Origin: Eledone cirrhosa
Lineage: Eukaryota
Assembly (NCBI GenBank): GCA_964016885.1
Contig: OZ024744.1
Location: 101,494,001 to 101,558,000 of the forward strand
Length of the DNA: 64,000 nt
Direction of reading: 5' to 3'
The notes below the pieces were generated by a model. It worked only from the letters and a program-made list of their open reading frames with translations, was not told the DNA's origin and did no database searches. Shown here piece after piece: positions 24,753-33,224 of the stretch. The position numbers were made by a program, and so were the translations under genes. Position 1 is the first letter of the stretch, and every line of letters begins with the position of its first letter.

Positions 24753-25106
24753 GGAGGCACATGGCTTAGTGGTTAGAGCATTGGCCTTGCAATCGAAAGG
24801 TTGTGAGTTCAATTCTCAGACCGGGTGATGTGTTGTTTCCTTGAGCAAGACACTTTATTTCACATTGCTCCAGTTTACTCAGCTGTAGAAATGAGATGAT
24901 AGGGACTTGAGTCCCTATCATTCCACTGCAAAAGTGGTCGTGGAGGTGCCATGGCAAAAAAGCACCCAGCACTCACTGTAAATGAGGTTGGTGTTAGGAA
25001 GGGCATCCAGCTGTAGAAATCAAGCCAGAATCAGTTCCCGTCCCACCCTTGCAAGCAGGGAAAAAGCGGACGTAAAATGAAATGATGATGATGATGATGA
25101 TGATGA
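24753..25106 (+). mobile_element. tRNA-derived SINE family 1, full-length copy B
   Basis: Pol III A box TGGCTTAGTGG and B box GAGTTCAATTC. Central CCTTGAGCAAGACACTT domain, an internal hairpin, the SatA-homologous segment and an (ATG)n tail. Confidence 0.94.
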
Positions 25107-25402
25107 CTTTCTATGTAGGAGCTTCCTTTCCTCAATCAAATTCCATGTCTGTTTTGATATCCTGGCTTCTTTCGGTGTTTAAAATCTAGAAGTTCGCTGT
25201 TCACCATCAAAAGGAGCAGTAATGGATAATAAAAATCAACTTTGTGTAAATTTGTATGAAGCTCTAATCAAAACTATTGGTTTTGACATTGAGATACCAA
25301 TGATTGGTTATAAGAATAATGTCAACGGACACTGGATTAGTCCTTTTCATTTTCCTCAGAAGAAAAGATTTTAATCTCGAAATATCAGGACATATAAATA
25401 AA

Positions 25403-25630
25403 TTAACCCTTTAGCATCTAAACTGGCCATATCCGGCCATAATTCTCTCACCTCTTTCTGTTCAAACGACTGTAACCGGCCACTCATACTTATGTTAAGG
25501 TATTGTTCTCAAAATAAATAATATCAAAATCTTATAGTTTCGATATTATGGGATATAATTACGTGAGGTAAAACCTTTACCGTGAAAATATAATAGTATA
25601 TATAGAGTAATGTAAATGGTAAAGGGTTAA
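25403..25630. mobile_element. TTAA/piggyBac-like MITE copy 2
   Basis: TTAA-CCCTTTA...TAAAGGG-TTAA. The body aligns with copies 1, 3 and 4. Confidence 0.92.
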
Positions 25631-25705
25631 GGTAAAAAACACAACATCTTGTTTCAGCCTTTATTCATCCATTCCACATTGCTGTGGCTTTCAGACTTCA
25701 AATTT

Positions 25706-25920
25706 TATAATAATTTCTAATTTAGGCACAAGGACAGCAGATTTGTGGTCGGGAAAGTTAATTAGATGCTTCCACTCCCATACTTTATTTTATTGACCCC
25801 TAGGAGGATAAAAAGCAAAGTTGACCTTGGTGAGATTTGAACTTAGAATGTAAAGATCCATCACTAAAGGCTACAAAGCATTTTGTTAGACACTCTACCA
25901 ATTCTGTTAATCCACCAACC
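25706..25920 (-). mobile_element. SINE family 2 copy (decayed)
   Basis: Reverse complement has the B-box-like AAGTTCAAATC, the core ..CAACTTTGCTTTTTATCCT..GGGGTCAATAAAATAAAGTA, and 3' CCTTGTGCCTAAA plus an (ATT)n tail. Confidence 0.8.
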
Positions 25921-25926
25921 TGTTGG

Positions 25927-26117
25927 TTATAATAATAATTGTTTCTACGTTAGGCACAAGGCCAGCAATTACCCAGTGTATGACTGGTACTTTATTTTAT
26001 CGACCCCGTAAGGATGAAAGGCAAAGTTAACCTCGGCGGGATTTGAACTCAGAATGGCAAGGGCCGTAACTCTATGTGTCAAAGCATGGCGTCCGACCCT
26101 CTACGAATACTGCCAAT
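25927..26117 (-). mobile_element. SINE family 2 copy (short-3' variant)
   Basis: Reverse complement reads GAGTTCAAATCCCGCCGAGGTTAACTTTGCCTTTCATCCTTACGGGGTCGATAAAATAAAGTACCAGT...GGCCTTGTGCCTAACGTAGAAACA(ATT)n. Confidence 0.88.
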
Positions 26118-26142
26118 GGTGTAAATAGGCTCCAGAGGGGCC

Positions 26143-26365
26143 CTACTGGTACTGTCCAACATGTCCACTGAAATCACCAGCCAAGATGATGAAGTCACAA
26201 TCATCTGTTACTAAAGTCATCTGTAAGAAATCTTCATAGAAACCGTCTTTCTGTACTTTAGTGAGCCTCCTTGATTGTGATATGTAAGTGGAGATAACTG
26301 TTGTCATTCTATCACCTATAACTATACTAAGCTTGATAATTCTGCTCAATTACTTTAGCTATCCA
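26143..26365 (-). mobile_element. RTE-type apurinic endonuclease (APE/EEP) domain fragment, pseudogenic
   Basis: ORF 26143-26349: RIIKLSIVIG..VISTYISQ..KDGFYED..IILAGDFSGHVG, matching the LINE endonuclease motifs ISAYAPQ, KD.FY and GDFN.HVG. Confidence 0.82.
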
Positions 26366-26414
26366 CTTCTCAAGCAGCATAAAAAGAGATATAATGAGGA
26401 AGAATTGACCACAA

Positions 26415-26483
26415 TACTCGAATGGTGCTTTATTTTATCAACATGGAAAGGGGGAAAGGCAAAGTTGATCTCAGCAGGATTTT
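26415..26483 (-). mobile_element. SINE family 2 core fragment
   Basis: TGGTGCTTTATTTTATCAAC..GAAAGGCAAAGTTGA matches the family core. Confidence 0.7.
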
Positions 26484-26494
26484 AGTAAATTGTT

Positions 26495-26723
26495 TTAACC
26501 CTTTAGTATTTAAACCAGCCATATCTGGCCAGATTTCTCTTGCCATTTTTCTGTTCAAACCAGCCGTAACCAGCCATTCATACTGACATTAAGGTATTGT
26601 TCTCAAAATAAATAATATCAAAATCTCATAGATTTGATATTATGTGAGATATTTATGTAAAATAAAGTGTTTACTGTGAAAATATAATAGTATATATAGA
26701 GTAATGTAAAGGTAAAGGGTTAA
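26495..26723. mobile_element. TTAA/piggyBac-like MITE copy 3 (seed of SatB)
   Basis: TTAA-CCCTTTA...TAAAGGG-TTAA. Its last ~50 bp form the first half of the 95-bp monomer. Confidence 0.92.
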
Positions 26724-29165
26724 GTAGCTTATGTATTTCATTAAAATATAATATACTATTATATTTTACTGTGAAAATATAATAGTATATATAGAGTAAT
26801 GTAAAGGTAAAGGGTTAAGTAGCTTATGTATTTCATTAAAATATAATATACTATTATATTTTACTGTGAAAATATAATAGTATATATAGAGTAATGTAGA
26901 GGTAAAGGGTTAAGTAGCTTGTGTATTTCATTAAAATATAATATACTATTATATTTTACTGTGAAAATATAATAGTATATATAGAGTAATGTAAAGGTAA
27001 AGGGTTAAGTAGCTTGTGTATTTCATTAAAATATAATATACTATTATATTTTACTGTGAAAATATAATAGTATATATAGAGTAATGTAAAGGTAAAGGGT
27101 TAAGTAGCTTGTGTATTTCATTAAAATATAATATACTATTATATTTTACTGTGAAAATATAATAGTATATATAGAGTAAGGCAAAGGGTTAAGTAGCTTA
27201 TATATTTCATTAAAATATAATATACTATCATATTTTACTGTGAAAATATAATAGTATATATAGAGTAAGGTAAAGGGTTAAGTAGCTGATGTATTTCATT
27301 AAAATATAATATACTTTTATCTTTTACTGTGAAAATATTATAGTATATATAGAGTAAGGCAAAGGATTAAGTAGCTTGTGTATTTCATTAAAATATAATA
27401 TACTATTATATTTTACTGTGAAAATATAATAGTATATATAGAGTAATGTAAAGGTAAAGGGTTAAGTAGCTTATGTATTTCATTAAAATATAATATACTA
27501 TTATATTTTACTGTGAAAATATAATAGTATATATAGAGTAATGTAAAGGTAAAGGTTTAAGTAGCTTGTGTATTTCATTAAAATATAATATACTATTATA
27601 TTTTACTGTGAAAATATAATAGTATATATAGAGTAATGTAAAGGTAAAGGCTTAAGTAGCTTATGTATTTCATTAAAATATAATATACTATTATATTTTA
27701 CTGTGAAAATATAATAGTATATATAGAGTAAGGTAAAGGGTTAAGTAGCTGATGTATTTCATTAAAATATAATATACTATTATATTTTACTGTGAAAATA
27801 TAATAGTATATATAGAGTAATGTAAAGGTAAAGGGTTAAGTAGCTTATGTATTTCATTAAAATATAATATACTATTATATTTTACTGTGAAAATATAATA
27901 GTATATATAGAGTAATGTAAAGGTAAAGGGTTAAGTAGCTTATGTATTTCATTAAAATATAATATACTATTATATTTTACTGTGAAAATATAATAGTATA
28001 TATAGAGTAATGTAGAGGTAAAGGGTTAAGTAGCTTGTGTATTTCATTAAAATATAATATACTATTATATTTTACTGTGAAAATATAATAGTATATATAG
28101 AGTAATGTAAAGGTAAAGGGTTAAGTAGCTTGTGTATTTCATTAAAATATAATATACTATTATATTTTACTGTGAAAATATAATAGTATATATAGAGTAA
28201 TGTAAAGGTAAAGGGTTAAGTAGCTTGTGTATTTCATTAAAATATAATATACTATTATATTTTACTGTGAAAATATAATAGTATATATAGAGTAAGGCAA
28301 AGGGTTAAGTAGCTTATATATTTCATTAAAATATAATATACTATCATATTTTACTGTGAAAATATAATAGTATATATAGAGTAAGGTAAAGGGTTAAGTA
28401 GCTGATGTATTTCATTAAAATATAATATACTTTTATCTTTTACTGTGAAAATATTATAGTATATATAGAGTAAGGCAAAGGATTAAGTAGCTTGTGTATT
28501 TCATTAAAATATAATATACTATTATATTTTACTGTGAAAATATAATAGTATATATAGAGTAATGTAAAGGTAAAGGGTTAAGTAGCTTATGTATTTCATT
28601 AAAATATAATATACTATTATATTTTACTGTGAAAATATAATAGTATATATAGAGTAATGTAAAGGTAAAGGTTTAAGTAGCTTGTGTATTTCATTAAAAT
28701 ATAATATACTATTATATTTTACTGTGAAAATATAATAGTATATATAGAGTAATGTAAAGGTAAAGGCTTAAGTAGCTTATGTATTTCATTAAAATATAAT
28801 ATACTATTATATTTTACTGTGAAAATATAATAGTATATATAGAGTAAGGTAAAGGGTTAAGTAGCTGATGTATTTCATTAAAATATAATATACTATTATA
28901 TTTTACTGTGAAAATATAATAGTATATATAGAGTAATGTAAAGGTAAAGGGTTAAGTAGCTTATGTATTTCATTAAAATATAATATACTATTATATTTTA
29001 CTGTGAAAATGTAATAGTATATATAGAGTAAGGCAAAGGTAAAGGGTTAAGTAGCTTATGTATTTCATTAAAATATAATATACTATTATATTTTACTGTG
29101 AAAATATAATAGTATATATAGAGTAATGTAAAGGTAAAGGGTTAAGTAGCTTGTGTATTTCATTA
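26672..29165. repeat. 95-bp AT-rich tandem satellite (SatB), ~26 copies, with 89-bp variants and a 1116-bp higher-order repeat
   Basis: GTAATGTA(A/G)AGG recurs at 26701, 26796 and 26891 (period 95). The variant GTAAGGCAAAGGGTTAAGTAGCTTATAT occurs at ~27176 and ~28292. Confidence 0.97.
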
Positions 29166-29267
29166 TTAATACATGAAAAGTAGGTAAGCATAATTCCTCA
29201 GTTGCACACTGCAATGGGAAATACTGGTGTTATCTTACACTAGTGGACCAGTGCCATCGATAAGAAA

Positions 29268-29439
29268 AGGGCAATGGATTGGCAAGATCAGTAGAGCATC
29301 AAACAACATGCTTTGCAGCATTTAGTTATGACACCTTTATATTCTGATTTAAAATCCTGCCAAGGTTAGTTTTGCCTTTCATCCTTATAAGGTTGATAAA
29401 ATAAAGTACCAGTAATGCACTGGGGTTGATTTAATCAAG

Positions 29440-29481
<42 letters not shown>

Positions 29482-29523
29482 TGCCGGCCTTGTGCCTAAA
29501 TAAGAAACCATTATTATTATTAA
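29268..29523 (+). mobile_element. SINE family 2 copy with an expanded internal C31 A10 tract
   Basis: Core TTTGCCTTTCATCCTT..GATAAAATAAAGTACCAGT, poly-C at 29440-29470, GGCCTTGTGCCTAAA and an (ATT)n tail. Confidence 0.85.
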
Positions 29524-29530
29524 TATTGTT

Positions 29531-29648
29531 TCAAATCCTACCAAGGTTAACTTTGTCTTTCATCCTTACAGGATTCATAAAATAAAGTACCAGTCACATA
29601 CTGGGGTTGATTTAATCAACTTTCCCTTCCCTCTAAAATTGTTGGCTT
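29531..29648 (+). mobile_element. SINE family 2 partial copy
   Basis: TTCAAATCCTACCAAGGTTAACTTTGTCTTTCATCCTT..AAAATAAAGTACCAGT..CTGGGGTTGATTTAATCAAC. Confidence 0.8.
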
Positions 29649-29655
29649 TCAACCT

Positions 29656-29842
29656 TGAATTGGCAGTATTGGTAGAGGGTCTGACATGCTTTCCAGCGTA
29701 GTTATGTCCCTTTATGATCTGAGTTCAAATCCCGCTGAGATTAACTTTGCCTTTCATCCTTACAGGGTCGATAAAATAAAGTACCAGTAATACACTGAGA
29801 TAATTGCTGGCCTTGTGCCAAACGTAGAAACAATTATTATTA
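29656..29842 (+). mobile_element. SINE family 2 copy (short-3' variant)
   Basis: Close inverted match to 25927-26117. Confidence 0.86.
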
Positions 29843-30439
29843 CATGAAATAATTATTCCTTTTTATAATGAATAAGATTTATTAAAGAAACAAATCCATA
29901 AAACTGAGCCAGAGAAGGAAGAAATAGACAAGCACAATTCCTCAGTTCCACACTGCAATGGGGAATGCTGGTCGTATGTCATACTAGGCTACCAGTGCCA
30001 TCAATAATGATGGTAATAGCATTGAACATATATAATTCTTGGAGTCCAGGATTGTTATGTCAAACATAGCAGAGTTATAAGATATATTGAAACAATCATA
30101 CAAACTGAGAAATTTTCTTTTTGATAAATTAATGGTTTCCATAAGAGAAACCCTATAGCTTATGTTGGTTATTGACATATGGAAGTAATTGACATTTTAA
30201 TAATTTATTTCTAGTGTATTATCTCACAAATGTTCAGCATATATGTACAAATTGAGGGTGGAGTCTTCGACTTGGCCTGAGCATGGACTCAAACTCAAAT
30301 GAAATGAAATGATACAACAGGGTTAAATATATGAATAACTTTGCAGAAATAATTATTTACAGGAACAGATGTAGTGTTAGAAGCCAGGATCTTGTGATTG
30401 GAAAGTGGACTTCTTGTAGTAACAATGACTGAGAGGAAA

Positions 30440-30476
30440 TGTGTTGTGTGTGTGTATATGTATGTTTGTGTGTGTA
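30440..30476. repeat. Imperfect (TG)n microsatellite
   Basis: TGTGTTGTGTGTGTGTATATGTATGTTTGTGTGTGT. Confidence 0.75.
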
Positions 30477-30493
30477 AATCTTAAAGATATTGT

Positions 30494-30721
30494 TTAAACC
30501 TTTTGCATTTAAACTGGCTGTATCTGGCCAGGATTCTCTCACCTCTTTCTGTTCAAACTGGCTGTAACTGGTTGCTTATATTTATATTAAGGTGTTGTTC
30601 TCAAAATAAACAATATCAAAATCTCATAGATTTAATATTATATGAGATATTATGTGAGTTAATGCCTTTACTGTGAAAATATAATAGTAAATATAGAGTA
30701 ATGTAAATGTTAAACAGTTAA
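30494..30721. mobile_element. TTAA/piggyBac-like MITE copy 4 (degraded TIRs)
   Basis: TTAA-ACCTTTT...AAACAG-TTAA. The body aligns with the other copies. Confidence 0.85.
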
Positions 30722-30755
30722 TATTTATTTTTATACAGAAACTGTATAAAATGAT

Positions 30756-30845
30756 GGAGGCAGATGGCTTAGTGGTTAGAGCATTGGCCTTGCAATCGAA
30801 AGGTTGTGAGTTCAATTCTTAGACCAGGTGATGTGTTGTTTCCTT
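30756..30845 (+). mobile_element. SINE family 1, 5' (tRNA-like) portion only
   Basis: GGAGGCAGATGGCTTAGTGGTTAGAGCATTGGCCTTGCAATCG...GTGTTGTTTCCTT, then similarity breaks off. Confidence 0.88.
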
Positions 30846-30963
30846 TGAGAGGTGCAATTGGACAAGGTCAGCTTTTATCACCTCATCCCAAGTCTTCCTG
30901 GGTCTCCCCACTCCAAGGCTTCCATCAACTTTGAACACTCTGGACCTTTTTATGCAGCTGTCA
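30842..30963 (-). mobile_element. Short RTE LINE C-terminal fragment
   Basis: Minus-strand translation DSCIKRSRVFKVDGSLGVGRPRKTWDEVIKADL (GRPRKTW motif). Confidence 0.72.
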
Positions 30964-31221
30964 TATATATATATATACAGAGACACATAATGTATTATTA
31001 TGATTGTATATGAACCTATAACTCCTGGTGAAGTTGAAGGGGTGCTGTAGTGACATACAGCATTTCTTGAGACTTTTTTAAAACCTGGCAGAGTTCATCC
31101 CTTCTTCAGGTCTGAATACAACTGATTTCTTCCAAGAAAGTAATAGAGAGGGAGTGAGAAAGAGATATAAAGAGGAAGAATTGACCACAATACTCGAATG
31201 GTGCTTTTTTTTTATCAACAT

Positions 31222-31568
31222 GGAGGCACATGGCTTAGTAGTTAGAGCATTGGCCTTGCAATCGAAAGGTGGTGAGTTCAATTCTCAGACCGGGTGATGT
31301 ATTGTTTCCTTGAGCAAGAGACTTTATTTCACATTGCTCCAGTTTACTCAGCTGTAGAAATGAGATGATAGGGACTGGGGTCCCTATCATTCCACTGCAA
31401 AGTGGTCGTGGAGGTGCCACGACAAAAAAGCACCCAGCACTCACTGTAAATGAGGTTGGTGTTAGGAAGGGCATCCAGCTGTAGAAATCAAGCCAGAATC
31501 AGTTCCCGTCCCACCCTTGCAAGTAGGGAAAAAGTGAACGTAAAATGAAATGAATGAAAATGAATGAA
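31222..31568 (+). mobile_element. tRNA-derived SINE family 1, full-length copy D, inserted into a family 2 SINE
   Basis: Near-identical to copy B, with an (ATGA/ATGAA)n tail. Confidence 0.93.
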
Positions 31569-31675
31569 AGGGGGAAAGGCAAAGTTGACCTTGGTGAAAT
31601 TTGAACTCAGAGTCCAGCAAGCTGCAACAAATACCGCAAAGCATTCTATCCAACGTTTAAATCACTCTGCTAACA
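31565..31675 (-). mobile_element. SINE family 2 5' half (the remainder lies at ~31195-31221, on the other side of copy D)
   Basis: GAAAGGCAAAGTTGACCTTGGTGAAATTTGAACTCAGA..AAATACCGCAAAGCATT. Confidence 0.78.
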
Positions 31676-32229
31676 AAACCAAATAATATTGTCAGTCACA
31701 GAGATTAGGTTCTCTCAAGATGACTTGCTCATATCCTACAATTTCTAGGGATCCTATTTTTTTTTCCAAGATTTTTAAAAACCTAAAAAAAAATCTAATC
31801 ATTTGATTTATGGCTGCCTTAGGTCATCAGGAATTGGTGAGATCAACAGCTGGAACAGGATCAATAGTTGATGGCTGGAAGGAAAACAGAGTGATAATGT
31901 TCTGGGGATGAAGGACTGAGCACAATGGTTTGTTTGTGAGCTGGGTTGGTAAGGGTTAAACACCAGATAATTAATGAAAAGAGGAGGACAAGTGATTCAA
32001 GGGGGACCTGAATAAAGTTGGTTCCAAAATAATAGAGGCCAATTTACTAGCAGTAGATGAAACAAAGTGAGGATCTAGCATATCTCTGAAACTGAGGTTT
32101 GAGTTAACTGGCTAGCAATTTCATACCAGTCAATGGGGAGGTCTCTTTTTACTGTACGATCACACTCAATCACTGCTGGTAAAATGTAACCCAGTAGAAT
32201 CTGTCCCATGGTTGGCACATTTGTGACTA

Positions 32230-32480
32230 AACTGGCAACCCCACCAAGTCTGCTTGGTAACAAGGGTGATACTTAGACACCCTGCAGGATGAAAAACAAA
32301 ACGTGCCACTAGGTGGAAGAACTCATGAGAGTCAATGGCCATCCAATACAGATAGACAGAGTTTGTTAGCCTTGGTTGACAATATGTCTAGGAGAAGGAT
32401 CACTGATTTCAAATCCAGAGTAGATGGGATTCCTTAGTTACTTTCAAGTGGTCAATGGCTTCATTCTTGTGATGAAGGAG
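32230..32480 (+). mobile_element. Possible decayed RTE LINE 5' UTR
   Basis: AGCCTTGGTTGACAA..GTCTAGGAGAAGGATCACTGATTTCAAATC resembles RTE 5' UTR sequence as I recall it. There is no second copy in the window to confirm this. Confidence 0.3.
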
Positions 32481-33224
32481 GATGAGCTGTGGCTCAGTAG
32501 CTAGCTTCTGAGTAATTGTCGGACAAAACTTTGGGATCCACTGACGTCACAATTTTCCCAATGAGAGTCATGGTCATATAGTTTATTCATGGTTCCAGAC
32601 CCTCAGTAATAAAGGTGGGAAGAGAACGGATCAAGGATTTTTCTATGATTAGCAGCAGTGCTATCCTAGATATGGATTACATTTGAGTTTTGTAGACAGT
32701 AGTTGTTAGGGCTGAAGTATTATATTACAGTGAAGAGGAAGGTCAATCTTTGTGAGTCAGTCTTGCTATGTAAATGATCAGGAGAGATCCTCAGTGATAG
32801 TAAGGACTAATACTTACAACTGTGGTGATTCATATTACATACTGATAATATTTACATGATTATTCAGAACATCAGTAGTTCTCAAATATCACGATGTATA
32901 ATCTGAAATAAAAAGGAAAGTGATAACAGAAACAAAAGGCTTTTACTTATCTACAAAACAAAAATAATTATTCCAGTTTTGAAAAGTTTTTAATAACCAT
33001 TTGTCAAACAATACCAACAATAGCTTCACTTTATTATCCAAAATAAAGTACACATATTTATTTTATCTAGCTCACATTGTTATTTTCTCTCATAATTCAT
33101 TTTTATTACTCTGATATCTTGCTTTGATATATTTCAGATATCCAGCTCTGGTATATTTATTTTCACATAACATGCTATGAATCATATAGCTAGCCAAGAC
33201 ATACAAATTTACAGCCCACACACA

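Larger units (their letters stand above)
22200..25200 (-). mobile_element. Decayed RTE-clade LINE ORF (linker, reverse transcriptase and C-terminus), interrupted by four nested insertions
   Basis: Colinear minus-strand motifs: ISKQTWNLIEERK (~25160), KRSAYKDK..NIRMVYQISRK..LNR*SEH..VLNRP (24700-24470), LKNNKFPG, DGISAELL, TIVCITKKGNLSDC, QAGFRYKRS, FKNTKCFV, TGVRQECILS, LAIDWV, LTDSGFANDIA (degenerate FADD; ORF 22836-23117), IGKALAAF, LL*GCETW. Confidence 0.88.

Noticed and set aside
24753-24825. tRNA gene (A/B boxes, loosely tRNA-Cys-like)
   Set aside because: There is no convincing acceptor stem or cloverleaf, and it continues into SINE body in every copy. It is a SINE head.
26672-29165. 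Mitochondrial control region or NUMT (AT-rich, hairpins)
   Set aside because: The unit is fully explained by the MITE end plus flank, and no mitochondrial genes are adjacent.
31040-31125. Possible Penelope-like terminus (CTGAAGAAGG on the minus strand)
   Set aside because: The motif is too short and single-copy, with no supporting ORF.
22277-32263. Remaining short ORFs (60-120 aa) in the TE region
   Set aside because: They are mostly antisense or off-frame readings of SINE, MITE and LINE copies (e.g. 24766-24972 and 31235-31474 translate the same SINE). None shows a recognisable host domain.
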